Source: Azolla caroliniana
Lineage: Eukaryota; Plantae; Polypodiophyta
Assembly: GCA_043228905.1 (NCBI GenBank)
Contig: JBHGNT010000014.1
Span: forward strand, 9,052,001 to 9,116,000
Length of the DNA stretch: 64,000 nt
Direction: 5' to 3'
The notes under the pieces are model-generated. The model searched no databases and was not told where the DNA came from. It saw only the letters and a program-made list of their open reading frames with translations. The position numbers and the translations under genes are program-made. Of this stretch, positions 12,649 to 26,027 are shown in pieces. Position 1 is the stretch's first letter; each line of letters starts with the position of its first letter.

Positions 12649-13537
12649 TTTTAGCATAAATGCTTATTTAATTTAAAGTGTATTTCTATTTATTTAAATT
12701 TCTAATTAGTTTGGCTTAAATATGGTTAGGTTTAAACTTTTTATTAAATGGCTCGGTTTGGTTTTCAACTTTTCCCTAAACGGTTTTGGTCTAAATAGTT
12801 TGGTTTCCTTTTTCTTAAATGGTTTGGTTTAATGGCTTAAAAGTTCATAAACGGTTTGGTTTGGTTTTTGTTTTATATAAATGGTTTGGTTTGGTTTGGT
12901 TTGGTTTCAAGGCAAAGAAACCGAACCGGGCCCATTGCTATGTGGGATCATCGTCAACAATTACACCAACCCTTTGAGGGTACGACCAAAATCTTCTCCT
13001 ACCGAACCCTAATGAACATGGAGATGCGTGAAGGAGAACCAACAACACCTTCATAATTAATTGGCAAAGACAAGTAGATGTAGCAATCTTCGCATGTAAC
13101 ATTATTGATGAAACATCAAAATGTGAAATACTAATGGGTTCCCTACAGAATCATGGATCACATTTGTGAACATCCATAGCAATGAGAAGGATCTTAAACT
13201 CCAAACCTTGATTGCGAAAATCAAGCAAGATGAACTACGAAGAAAGAAACCAAATGGTCAAATAGACACAAGTCACATGGCAATGGCAACATCCATGAGT
13301 CACCATTACAAATGCAATTGTTACAAAAGCCATTACCACAAGCCGAAGACATTCCAAAAACCGGGTTGTATTGAATGTGAGTGTCAAAAGAAACAATATG
13401 ACCGAAAGGGAAAAGGTAGAAGATTCTTTCCACAAGGAAACAATGCTTCATTACAATCTAATACTAGAGAATATGAAGGTGGAGACAACAATGTTATAGA
13501 AGCATCCATGTGTGAGATAGAAGTAACACAAACCTAA
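11756..13537 (+). mobile_element. Copia LTR 3' half, PBS and degenerate gag (opposite orientation to its flanks)
   Basis: ...ctctcgtttaattcggaCA|TGGTATTAGAGC (PBS at 11864). Gag-like YRIWRMRMELILKR follows, and a knuckle relic KPGCIECECQKK. Split by a MITE. Confidence 0.75.
12291..12940. mobile_element. hAT-type MITE (650 bp)
   Basis: TIRs TAGCAATGAGCCTAGTTTGG / CCGAACCGGGCCCATTGCTA. 8-bp TSD tttgggat/tgtgggat (1 mismatch). AACCG/GGTTT subterminal motifs. Inserted into gag. Confidence 0.85.
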
Positions 13538-13544
13538 TCTATAT

Positions 13545-13708
13545 TATATGTTCTAAAAGTTACATATCATGTATTAGGTGTTACATTAGAGGTTACAAAA
13601 CGTGCACCTCTTCATCTAAAGTGATATGAATGGGTACATTTTTTTTCTAACAATAAAATGTTAAATTAGGTAAATTAAAACGTTTATACATTATTAATTA
13701 TTCTAACT
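13545..13708 (-). repeat. U3 half of an element-A-type LTR
   Basis: About 160 bp direct repeat of 878-1039. Confidence 0.8.
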
Positions 13709-13830
13709 CATATTTTCTGCGAGAGTCAGCTATATTGATTGCGGATAACTCTGTGCATGCAGGGACTATGACAAAAGGTTTAGAGATATATGATTCAAGA
13801 GGACTATACTCACATTTTCACCGAAACTTG

Positions 13831-14104
13831 GCTTTGATACCATGTAGCAATTACAAATGCTAACTTGTAAGGACATGAACACAAGATGTAGGAAAGGAGT
13901 AATTGATATTGGAACTAAGTTAAAAGCTTGCACATATATGATTAGATGTACTCACAATCAGATGTGTGGTGCTCTAGCATTTTTAAATACATCTAAGAAT
14001 GTGATGGTTACATTTATAATAGTCACCTCTATTTTTACATACTAATACTATCAAATTACTAATTAGTTAAAAAACTATTCATTATTAGTGTTACTTTCCA
14101 GACA
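13831..14104 (-). mobile_element. Probable short LTR plus tRNA-iMet PBS of another copia relic
   Basis: GCTTTGATACCA (reverse-complement PBS, 13831-13842) abuts a TG...CA segment at 13843-14104. No partner LTR seen. Confidence 0.4.
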
Positions 14105-14149
14105 TGTAAGGAAATTATATTCAAAAAAGTTTTATGAGGAAGTACATAC

Positions 14150-14232
14150 AATTGGATTGCACTCACAATAGACCCAAATGCCCCAAGGCATGCCGCCAAC
14201 TCCAAGAAATCATTATTCCTTGCAAGAAATTC
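14150..14232 (-). CDS. SLC35F-like transporter, exon 6
   Basis: gagcag|GAA...CAA TT|gtatgt. Encodes EFLARNNDFLELAACLGAFGSIVSAIQ(L). Confidence 0.92.
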
Positions 14233-14407
14233 CTGCTCAATATTATGGAATCCAATATATAGGTATGTATATGTATATATGCACATACAGTAGCTAGTAT
14301 ATAATTAAGTCTATCAAAATTCAATCATTCTACATACAATGCATGGGGTTTCCAAATGGAACATTAATAAGAATACGAATTTGAATAAGGAGAATATATA
14401 AAATTAC

Positions 14408-14499
14408 CTCCAAAATGTTGGAGATTGCATAGAGGAAGGATGCCGTGAGAACAAATAGATCTCCCTTTATATTCATATCCATCTTCATATGCTTTCTAG
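14408..14499 (-). CDS. SLC35F-like transporter, exon 5
   Basis: tttatag|CT AGA...GAG|gtaatt. Encodes (A)RKHMKMDMNIKGDLFVLTASFLYAISNILE (family motif KGDxxVxxxxxLYAxSN). Confidence 0.92.
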
Positions 14500-14524
14500 C
14501 TATAAACAAAAAAACACATGGAAT

Positions 14525-14676
14525 TATGATGTTGTTAGGAGAAGAAAAAGCAAGCAAATGTATTAAAAAACACATCAATCTCTAGTCATGACTACCAATG
14601 TATGATGTTGTGAGGAGAAGAAAAAGCAAGCAAATGTATTAAAAAACACATCAATCTCTAGTCATGACTACCAATG
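14525..14676. repeat. 76-bp tandem duplication just upstream of the exon 5 acceptor
   Basis: Two near-identical copies start at 14525 and 14601. Confidence 0.9.
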
Positions 14677-15496
14677 ATGAAGATCTTAAGACACACTAGT
14701 GGACACCCATACCAAGTCAAACATGATAATGAAAAAGCCATGACATCTAATTCCCTCACTCCCATGTCCACTCCTTGCACCACCAACCTCACCCAATAGA
14801 TGTCTCACCTCACCCAATAGTAGTTTGACCCCGTCACTCCAAATTTTACGCTAGCTTACTGGGAATGATGCCTACTAATTCTAGTGTGATCATAGACCAA
14901 CTCAACGGTACCTCAATTACCTTCATAGTGAGGTGTAAATTCTCCCTTCTTCATATTGATGCAATCTCAAAGACTATAAAGGATGCCAATTTCATCTTAT
15001 TATATAGTGAATTTGGATAGAGCATTAAGATGCTTTTGAATACATCAATTGTTAAAAATAGCATATTATAGTCAAGCACTAAAACTACATCATTCTCGAT
15101 ATATTGTATGCCCCATCCCAAATGCATCCTAAGTGATCACTTGTAAAATTACCAAATAGTGTGGGGAATAGTGGTTGTCCTTTCAACTATAATGGTGCGT
15201 GATGTATCAATTAACAACTTAGTACCCCTTCTACTACTTCTATTATGTGTATGATAATATCATATAAAGCATATATTCAACACAAATATTATCGAATACT
15301 CCGATGGTATATAGACATAGTCATCTGCTTTTTCAAAGAAGGAAAACAATGTCTTATGAGTAAGGGTCGAAAAGATGAAATGATATGATACAAAACTCAA
15401 TTGTAAAACATTCTTTTTTATCTTTCAAAATTAACTTATTGAAAATTTTATCTAGAACAATTAATTAATAAAAAATATCATTGGAAATAGGCTCAC

Positions 15497-15691
15497 CTTC
15501 TTTATTGGAAAGTTGGGAATCCGAGAAAAGTAAGATCCCTACACCCACAATGCATGTGAAAACACCTCCCAGTTGTCCAAGGCTACATTTGGTCTTAAAT
15601 ACAAGCCATGCGAGGAATATAACGAAAAGTAATGATCCTCTATCCAAGAGTAGGACACTAGTGATTGTTGTATATTGATATGCTTTCACAG
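15497..15691 (-). CDS. SLC35F-like transporter, exon 4
   Basis: gggcag|CT GTG AAA...GAA G|gtgagc. Encodes (A)VKAYQYTTITSVLLLDRGSLLFVIFLAWLVFKTKCSLGQLGGVFTCIVGVGILLFSDSQLSNKE. Confidence 0.93.
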
Positions 15692-16576
15692 CTGCCCTCA
15701 TAAGTTTCATGCATTAAAATCAGTAATTTCTCTCTCTTTCCCTCTCTCTCTCTCAAGCATTTTCTTACAAACTTTCTCCAAGTCAAGAACCAAGCCTCAT
15801 ACACCCTCCTTCTGAGACCGTCACCATGGAAAGGGTTTTTGAATACATGCTTAAGGTTCAAAAAAGGTCCTTAACCAATTTCCTAGAATCACATGAGAAG
15901 CAAGCCAAAATATCCAAAAGACACATAAAGCAAAACGTTGTGTTTGGATTGGATGAAAGATATGGAAAAATGGTTTGGAAGATAGGATCCAATGCATTTG
16001 CTTCATGATGCATCACAAGCAAGGAGAAGACTTCACAGTGATGGTTTCGACCATCGCCTAGATTGTGCAGGAGAGAGAAGACACAATCAACCTAGACCAA
16101 GCCATAGAGATAGTCGTCAAGAACAATGGCCCAATTCAACAGTAAAGATGTCTCACAATATTTGGAGGCTTACAAAGCTGAGATGCTCATGAGAGACATC
16201 CTAGAGGCTAAGCAATTGAGTGGCTACACATGGGTAGTAGTAGTGTTGAGTCTCCAAGAGAAAATACTCCAAAAGCAAGGGGAGAGTTGCAATTGGGAGG
16301 AGATCAAGAGAGTCCTACTAGAACAATACGACTTTGATGACTTCATGAAGGTGACCTAATGGATTAGATTGCATCACCTTGGAAGGGAGGTGGACACCAC
16401 AATGTTAGAAGAGTTTGAGAAGCAGTTTGTGTGCCTCTCAATGTTCGAGAGGATGTACTCAACATGAGTAAATTTATGTTGTTTCTCAAGGCAATGGATA
16501 CTTGAGGTAGGGAGAAGATGGGCCTCCTGCTCAAAAATGAGGATGGACTCACAATGGATTGGCCCACGATAAAAAG

Positions 16577-19500
16577 TGTTGGGCATATCCACTCAAGTGG
16601 AGCCCACAACGTAGAGCCAAAGGGTTGATTGAGAATTGGATGCATGTCAACAATCAGCTGAGCATATAGCCGATTGGGAGTCGACTGGGCATCAAATTGG
16701 CTCAGGGCCAAAAAGGGGGAAAGTTATAATTATGTATGATTATATTTATATATACATGTGTGTGTGTGTATACCCTTTTTCTTTTGTATGTTTTTGGTGC
16801 GTGTCTTTTGTGTGTGTGTGTGAACACAGGTACGTAGACGTTGGACAACAAGGAGAAAAACAAAAAAAGGAGAAGAGAGAAATAGAGCGCGATCTGATTT
16901 TTTTCTGAGAGAACCCAGAGCAAAACAAAAACAGAGAGAAAAACAGAAAATAGAGAAGAAAACAGAGAACGAAAGAGTGAGGAAACAAAGACCTATGAGG
17001 AGTTGGTCATGGTGACAGAGAACACGATTGTACAACACCTGTCCTATCTACTCGCATCAGGTTACTTCATTTCATGTTGTTTTCTTGTTTCCTATTTTGC
17101 TAGTTTTTCTATCCACCCAGTTGGGTGAAGAATAGTAAGGTTATTTGTTTGGTTTATCCACCCAATCGGGTGAGGATCGTAGCTAAGGTTGTTTCCTTGA
17201 AGCTAATATATTTCCTCTAGACAAAAACCTAGAACGACTAGCACATTCATTGTGCTTATTGTTGTTGGTGTATACACCCAATCGGGTGAAGATTGTAGCC
17301 AAGGTTGCTTCCTTCAGGCTAGGACATTTCTCTAGTCAAAACCTAGAGAGATTGTACTTAGTTTGTAATCTTTGTTATTCTATCCACCCGATTAGGTGAA
17401 GGTTGTAACCAAGGTCATTGCCTTGAGGTAGATACACTCCTCTAGTGAGGTTGTATTCCATTGTACTCAAAATTATAGTGAAGTTGTTTGGAACCTACGG
17501 TTCCCATGTGTTCAGAGAGCAAGCTCAACCGGATCCGGATTGGCATCCGGAAGGATGAGCCGGATCGGTATCCAGAAACAACCAACCGGATCAGAGAGCC
17601 GGATTCGAGTGCAAACCGGAAGCCTAGTAGTAGCCTAGACTACTAGGTAATCATTGTCTCGTAGTTGGTGTCAGTCACTCGTATGAGCATTGAAGTACAT
17701 AGTACTTCTGTCAGTCCTTTTGAGGACTTGTATAAATAGTGTTGTTTAGCACATTGTATACATAGAGTTATAGAGTGTTCTTTTTTAATCTACATTTATG
17801 TTCTGCTCTCTCAATCTCTCCTGCGTATACTCTCTGTCTAACGCTTCCACACGTTAACATTCACATGGTATCAGAACGCGAGGGTTAAGAACTCTTTAGC
17901 CGACACTTGTTCTCGTAGACGAACCCTAGAACCTAGTAACAACAGATAGACAGAAGATATGGACAGAGGAATGGCGAGTTCACTTCCAAAAGAGAAACTC
18001 GATCGGAGCAACTATGCATCATGGTCATAAAAGATGCACCAATACCTGTTGGGGCATGGATATTGGAGCTTCATGGAAGGAATGAACGAGGTAGCGCCGG
18101 AGCCGGCACATGAGGACTTCCCGGTATGGGAGCAAGGAGCAAGCTGGGTATTATACTGCCTCGCGTAGGCGGATCTTCGGGAACAAAGTCCGAACCGGCC
18201 AAGAAGGGCCCCAAACTGGGTGATGACAAGTTACGTCGGTCCTCCCGCCAGAAGAACCCGGTTACACGGTACCGGTACAATGAGTACATGGCGCATCACT
18301 TTGCGTACATAACCAAAGTGGCGGAAGTGCATGAGCCAGAGAGCTACACAAAAGCGCAAAGGATGTAAATTGGCGTGCCACTATGGAGGAAGAAATGCGA
18401 GCACTCAATGCCAATGACACATGGGACCTCGTTGACCCTCCCCGACACTATAACATGATCGGTTGCAAATGGGTATACAAGGTAAAGTACAATGCGGACG
18501 GTTCGGTTAACCCGTAGAATGCCCGGTTAGTGGCGAACGGATACGCACAGACCCATGGAATCGACTACAACGAGACCTTCGCTCCGTTAGCGAAGATGAG
18601 GACGGTTCGTGTGGTACTAGCGGTTGTTGCGGCGAGGGGGTGGAATCTTCACCAGATGGACGTGAAGAAGGCGTTTCTTCAAGGTGACCTTGAAGAACGG
18701 ATCTATATGATCCAACCTCCCAGTTTTTAGTCGAAGATGAACAAGTTGGCAGTGTGCCGGCTTAAGAAGTTGTTTTACGGTCTGAAGCAAGCCCCTCGAG
18801 CTTGGAATGCGAAGATCATGCACCGGTTGCATACAATGGGGTTTGCAGCCTCAAAGTCAGACTCATCGTTGTTCATCCGACAAGGTTTGGATAGTCCAGT
18901 TTGCATCTTACTTTATGTAGATGATTTGGTCATCACCGGACCCAGACCCAGACTCAATGAAATCGACCGAGTGAAGTCCCACCTGTCGGATGCATTTGAG
19001 ATGAAGGACTTGGGGGACCTTCATTATTTCCTTGGGATCAAGGTGATCCGAACCCCGACGGCATATTGCTCTCACAACGACACTATGTGTTGAATATGTT
19101 GTACAAGTTCGCCATGACGGAATGCCGACTTGTCTCCACACCCCTAGACCGGAACCAAAAGCTCTGTCCTAACTCTGGACCGGCCTACGATGAGAAACGG
19201 TTCCGACAAATAGTCGAAAGCCTGATATACTTGACAATCACCCGACCCGACATCAGTTATCCGATCGGTGTGATCAACCAATTAATGCAGAAGCCAACTG
19301 TGGAGCACCTTCAGTGCGCGCATCGAATATTGTAGTATGAGAGCGGCACGCAGGACCGGGGACTGTTATACTGGCATGGTATAACTGAAGACCTAGTCGG
19401 ATACACAGATGCCGACTGGGTTGGTGATGCATCGAATCGCCGATCCACCTTTGGTTACATGTTTTCTCTCGGTAGCGTGGCTATTGTGTGGAGTAGCAAA

Positions 19501-20945
19501 AAACAACCAAAAGTGGCTCTGTCCAGCACTGAGACTGAGTACCGAGGCGCTACCAATGCCACCTGTGAAGCCATCTGGCTTCGGCGACTGCAACGAGATC
19601 TCCGGATCGAGGTGCAGGCCCCGATCCTAATCTACTGCGACAACCTAAGCAGCATACAGCTCGCCAAGAACCCAGTATTCCATGCTCGAACAAAGCACAT
19701 AGAAGTGCATTATCACTTCTTACGTGAGAGGGTCTTGAGCAGTGAAGTCGAACTTTAGTATGTTCAGAAGGATCGGCAGGTTGCCGACATCTTCACCAAA
19801 CTGCTCCGATCGGACAAGTTGCAGCACTTCACCGAAATGCTTGGTGTTCAACATCTCAACGTGCCACACTTGAGGGGGAGAACATGCAAAACGGGCAAAG
19901 GCAAAGGCAAAGAAACTGTCGATGACACCGGACAAGGAACCAACAAAGGGGAAAACGAGTTGGAGAACACTGACTCGGACAAGAGCGGGAATGAATCGGA
20001 GACAGCCGATTCGCTTCAACAGATGGATTCGGAGGAGCCAGATCAATTAAAGGCCAAGCGGACACGAATGCAACCGAAGTCGACGCCAACACGAAGGAAC
20101 CGACAGGTCGACAAGTGTTGGAGTCGCAGCAGCGAGGGAGCTAAAATGGGCCTGTTGAGCAAACAAGCAGACCGAGGAGGTCGAGGTGTGTAGAACCAAA
20201 AGGGTTGCGGCAAACAGGACTAGACCAGACGAGGAGCGCGAGCAAGGTAGAGCGATGCCAGAAGGAGCTGGGTAGAAGAACCGGATGCCACGGACACTAA
20301 CACCACAATCCGACCTCAAGTTGAGCTTGAGGGGAAGTGTTGAGCAAGCAAGCTCAACCGGATCCAGATTGGCTGAATAAGCCAGAACCGGATCGGCATC
20401 CAGAAGGATGAGCCGGATTGGTATCCGGATGGTATCCGGAAACAACCGGCCGGATCGGGGAGACGGATCAGAGAGCCAGATTCGAGTGCAAACCGGAGGC
20501 CTAGTAGTAGCCTAGCCTAGACTACTAGGTAATCATTGTCTCGTAGTTGGTGTCAGTCGCTCGTATGAGCATTGAAGTACATAGTACTTCTGTCAGTCCT
20601 TTTGAGGACTTGTATAAATAGTGTTGTTTAACACATTGTATACATAGAGTTATAGAGTGTTCTTTTTGAATCTACGTTTACGTTCTGCTCTCTCTGTCTC
20701 TCCTGTGTATACTCTCTGTGTATTAAGCTTCTCTATTTAACTTTCATCTTATTCTATGTTGCTATCCGGCTGAGCCAGTTCTGTCTAACGCTTCCTCACG
20801 TTAACATTCACACCATGGTTTTTCCCTACTTTGAGTTTTCCACGTTAAAAATTTTGGTGTACTCTCATTTTCGTCTTGTGGTTTCATCAAGTGTTAATTG
20901 TGTTTGAAGTTTAAATCATCCCGATTCAGACTCATATTCCCAACA
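16577..20945 (+). mobile_element. Solo LTR related to family E, carrying nested element F
   Basis: TGTTGGG...CCCAACA with perfect TSD AAAAG (16572-16576 / 20946-20950). Shares ATCCACTCAAGTGG start and U5 end with the E LTRs. Confidence 0.9.
17509..20812 (+). mobile_element. Copia element F (C/I family), deleted for most of gag, protease and integrase
   Basis: TSD CCATG. 5' LTR 17509-17865, PBS 17866, 3' LTR 20338-20812. Gag jumps at about 18166 to the pre-RT linker. RT YVDD and RNase H are present but disrupted. Confidence 0.95.
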
Positions 20946-22341
20946 AAAAGGGCATGTAATCACTTTAATAAGTAATGACAATGGTATGATCGTGATTTAT
21001 CAAGTGGCCAAGGTTGGATGGATAGAGAGCGCTATGGTATGGAAGGCACCAAAATGATGAGAAGGAGGGAATGAGTAAGCATAGACCCTAGACTAACAAC
21101 TATTGAGGTGGAAGGACCATCTATGGGTACATAAATCGATGAGCTCACAAAGATGGTGTAGGACCTCTTGATAGTCCGAATGAGGAGAGATAGTTGATGC
21201 CCTCATCAAGATCAACATTCTAGATTTGTGCATATGGTCCGACAACCCCGGCAACCATAGAAGAGAGTTTGAGGACTTCAAAGAGGCCTTGTGAAAAAAT
21301 GATATTTATTTTTTGGACAATAGGGTCCATTCGACGAAAACCGAGCGTGCATAATTAAACTCCAAGTCGAGGGGGTATGAAGAGGATCATGGAAGAAACC
21401 AAAGTGCAGAATGTCAAGGCCATCCACTACTCGGCATCGGTTAGAAGTGGGGAAGGAAACGAGAAACTAAGATTAGAAAGAGGTTCAGTTTTGCCATCTA
21501 TTCTCGGTAGTCTCACTGGAAGCTATGAGAGGAGAAAGCAAACCAAGTTGAAAAAAAGGTCCAAGAAGCAACTGAATGGGAAGATGTTGTGGAGGAGAAG
21601 ATGAGCTTGGTAGAAGATGCCTACCATAACTATGAGGTTCTAGTTGAAGAAAAGAGAGTAGTAAAAGTCGTGGGGTCAACCCTACGAAAGATACAACACA
21701 CAAGATGCTCAAAGAAGGGAGAAGTCAGTTCAAATCTTTAAGGATCTCATCTTTGTACTTGTGTCTTGTGGGTTTGCACTAGTTTATTTACATCAATTAG
21801 TAGTCAAAACAAAACATAGACCACAACATGCTTCATTGGTAACTGACATTTGAGAGAATCAACCACGCACTATGTATATCAATTGATGATGTATATTGTT
21901 ATTCATGCAAAACCATGGGGAGTGGATGAGATACTCAAAAATGTGTAACCAAAACATTCATGATATGACGTTATGGAAGAGACAACAGATATATAAGAGT
22001 ATGCTACTTGATGAATTGAGGGTAATATAAATGAGTTAGAGACTTGAGGAATTAGTATGGCTATTTACCAAGACAATAGTCAAATCCACAACATATGTTT
22101 TTTCTGATAAAATACTTGAATGTCAAGAAAACAATTCATATGATGAAATATCAAGAAACAAAGACTTGTCATTAGAAATGGAGAAAATGTACGGGACTCA
22201 ATTTGGTTACGAACATGTGCGAATACTCTTTAAACATGGTAAATTAATTACTAGTTTTATACTCTTTTCTTTTAATATCCCTATGAGGCATAATATTTTC
22301 AATCGAGAATATTGGTTATAGGCCAAATGTAATATGCATAC

Positions 22342-22399
22342 CTAGATAGTTTGCCTCCACATCAATAATTGCAAGTAGCATGTAATGATACCACGCACC
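22342..22399 (-). CDS. SLC35F-like transporter, exon 3
   Basis: attttag|GGT...CTA G|gtatgc. Encodes GAWYHYMLLAIIDVEANYL (family motif WYxYxLLAxxDVEANxL). 58 nt; phases fit both neighbours. Confidence 0.93.
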
Positions 22400-23847
22400 C
22401 TAAAATACAAAGAAAATGACATAGAGCCATTATTAGTCTACTTATCATTTTCTCTTAAGGAGGATTAAAAGTTGTTGGAAAACTTATACCCCACCCACTC
22501 CTCAAATAATGGAAACAATCATAACCTTTTTTCTCTGCTATCTTCAGCTCCACTAGATTCTATGCTTTGTATATGCTTGTTGGATTGGTAATGGAAACTA
22601 AGATGTAGTTATTATTAAATAATAATAATAATGGAGATGATCATTACTTCTTAAGAATAGGCAAACAAACATTGGAACAAAATGCAACAATCTCTTTTGT
22701 TATTTCTTGCAATTTGTCACCCTCACAATCCAAAAGAATATCAAATTTCAATATCATGACATGGGGGGCCCAAGGGTAGAAAAACAGTCCAAAGGCTACG
22801 AAGGTGTAACAATAGAAAAAAAAAGCGTAGTAAAGATGTATAGCCCTATTGGTTATGGGTGTTTATATGGGTGAAAATGGTGGGATCTAAAGTATGAATA
22901 TTAAGTAGCACCATGCTCTTAGCCCTTGGTATGTGTGAGACCTTATATGAGGGAATATACTCTAGGATGTCAGAGGAGGAAAAAAACAATTATCTTATTT
23001 TGGAAGAATATGAGAGCATCTTTGGCTCCCAAGTTCTCAAGACGAGGGGAGATATGAAAAGCGTAAGCTAATGCTTCAAGAAATCGAATTGCATTGTTCC
23101 ATTTCAATGTCTTATGTGGTGCATTGGTAAAATTAATTTAAGCTAAACAAATTGTATGTTAATATATTAAAAAGTATATAGAATCATGTGTTATAATCTA
23201 TTGGTGGAGCCTAGGTAACTTTAAAACATTTGTTGTTTGCTCCTAAACCACCATTTGTGGATAGAAACTTGTGTTTGTTCACATAGGATCATGAACAATG
23301 GAACTCATCTTAGTGGCATACGACTTGGAGGAGTTGATAGTATGTAATTAAAAGTGTCTCAAAGCTCCTAAATCTTCCATTTGTAAGGAAATCCATTCAC
23401 ATGATGTTGTACAAAAACAAGCAACAAATATAGTACCTCAAAATGGCAAAATAAATCGAAAAACTCTAGCAAGAAGATTGGTAATTATAAAAAGTTATTA
23501 TGAAACTCATGGCATCCAAAGTGGAGCCTGACGACACGTGGAAGAGGGTCTATATTATTCTAGTTGGAGTTAGGATGAATTGCATGAAGATGAAGAAGAT
23601 GAAAGTATATCGAAAATTATCGATTGTCGTGATCAACCATACAATGATGGCCACAGTTGCAATCATGATGAGAGTGTTAGGTCTATCCACTCAAGTGGAA
23701 CCAGCTGCCAACTGGCTACTAACCCAGTGTTGTATCGGTTGGGTGCCGATTTGGGATGAGCGCCGATTCGGCTCAAGGTGAAGGGAAAAAGTTATAATTG
23801 TTTAAAACTATATATATATATATTATGTATGTCCTTCTTTTGTATGC

Positions 23848-23894
<47 letters not shown>

Positions 23895-26027
23895 TTTTGT
23901 ATGTGTTTATGTGTGAATGTTGATACAGATGTAGACGTTGAACTACAAGGTAAATAAAAGGCAGAAGAACACACAAGAAAAACAAAAGCGTACAGAGAAC
24001 TAAGAGTACGAAACAAAAAGAAAAACAACGTGTGAGTGAACAAAGATAGCGATGTAAAACAGAACACACAAAAGAGAGAAAATAGAGATCTAAGAAAGCA
24101 AGAAGAGGTCTGAAACAGTGGGAACATTGTGAAGCTTCAACAAAACAAATGTATGAGAGTGTGTCAGCTCAATAAACGGACGATCGAGAGCGAGAGCGGG
24201 TTGCAGATGTGAAGACGGAGATCGTGTAAAGTGTTGCTCGTACTACCATAGAGTCGGCAGCAACTCTTTTGTCTGTTTGTACCAGGTTCATTCGTTCTGG
24301 GTATTTTGCTTCTTTGTTTCTTTTTTGTTGCTCATTTCACTCGGTAGGGTGAATATTGTAGCCAAGGATGTAGCCTTGAAATAGATGTGTATTCCTCTAG
24401 TGTAAGCTCTAGAAGCTATCAACACCTTGTATACTCAGAAAATAGTTAATCTACTTCGGAACCTAAGGTTCCCATTGTTTTTCCCATTTTTGGGTTTTTC
24501 ACATTAAAAATTTGGTTTAGATTCATTTTTGTCTTACGGTTTCATTCGTTGTTAATTGTGTTGGTTATCCAAGCTTGTTTCGATTCAGTTCCATATTCCT
24601 AACAAGTGGTATCAAAGCGAGGTTCATACCCTCCACAAAATTTGGAATATGGATGAATCATTAGGTGGCATGATTAAGGTAACCACATCCACTATCCCAT
24701 ATGGAAGTCCAAAATGAGGGACATGTTGTTATGTAAGGATTTATCGTTGCCCATACAAGATGGTATGGGCTAACCAGATAAAATAGATTATTTGACTTGG
24801 GAAGCAACGTATCTAAAAACAATAGCATACATGTGTGTTTTATAGACATGAGTCTATATAACAACTTTGGTGATGAAACCAAAGCAAACGAGATATGGAC
24901 GAAAATCGAGAATATGTTTCAAACCAAAAATGCCTTAAATAGAGTCTCCATGTTTAAGGAACTTGTGAGACTTAGATATCAAGATGGCTCTAGTATGGTA
25001 GAGCAGCTAAATACGTTTCAAGGAAAAATAAGTTAAACTGTCTCTTTAGATATACCTTTAGCAAATGAGGTTTTGACCTTGTTATTGTTAGGCTCTCTCC
25101 CAAATAGTTGGGAAACCCTTGTTGTGACACTTGGGACTGCAACACAACAAAAAGAGTTGACACTGTACATCCTCAAGTTGAGTCTTCTACATGAAGAAGC
25201 ACGACGAAAGGAGCATGAGTCCAACTTTGACCATAAAGCCTTGGTCATAGAAACTAACCCCAATAGAGGAAGAAGCCATTTTAGGGGTCCACAAAATCAC
25301 AGAAATAACTCTAAGGGGAGGTCTAAATCTAGAAGTAGAAAAGACTTCAAGTTCAAAGAATTTTCATGTCGTTATTGTGGTGGTTCAAACCATTATAAGA
25401 GAGACTGTTGGAATCTAAAAAAGAAAGACCAAAAGACACTGACAATAAGAACAATGACCCCACTATAGCCACTTGTGATGGTAAAATTTTCATTGTCTAT
25501 GATGATGCTTGTGTTAGCTTAGCATGCCAATAGACTGGCAATGACAACACAAACAACACTTATGCCAATAGTCTCCAAGTGCTGAGAGTATGCACTTGGA
25601 GACTTGTGTTGATTGCTTGGTCGGTAGGCAACACAGAGTTGCCTTTCAACATTTGCCCAGAAAAAGAAAATCTTAACCACTAGAATTGGTGCACACTGAC
25701 TTGTGCGATATGAAATATAAGACTCTAGGGGCAGCATGGTATTTTTCCACATTTATTGATGACTTCTCAAGGAACTTGTGGTGCTTCGCATTGAAGACTA
25801 AAGATCAAGTATTTGAGATCTTTAAAAACTTCCATGTAAGTGTGGAAAGGAAAACAAGGAGAAAGCTTAAATGTATCCATGCGGTTAACAGGGGTGAGTA
25901 CCAAGGACAATTTGAACAATATTGTTGTGAGCATGGGATTAGGCTTGAGAGGAGTGTTTGTTGTCGATAATATGTAGAAGAAGATGATTGAGAACCTAAC
26001 AATGATTCTAGCAAACAACACAAGTAG

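Larger units (their letters stand above)
15960..21720 (+). mobile_element. Degenerate gypsy-type gag relic, split by the solo LTR at 16577-20945
   Basis: QFNSKDVSQYLEAYKAEM...WEEIKRVLLEQYDFDD resembles the gag at 28717. It continues after 20950 with a knuckle relic (CIWSDNPGNHRRE). Ends approximate. Confidence 0.6.

Noticed and set aside
14700-15250. Possible LINE RT relic on the minus strand (GQPLFPTLF; LNALSKF...INMKK); similar vague signal at 22450-23250
   Set aside because: Too degenerate to support by eye. Needs a translated search against LINE RT profiles.
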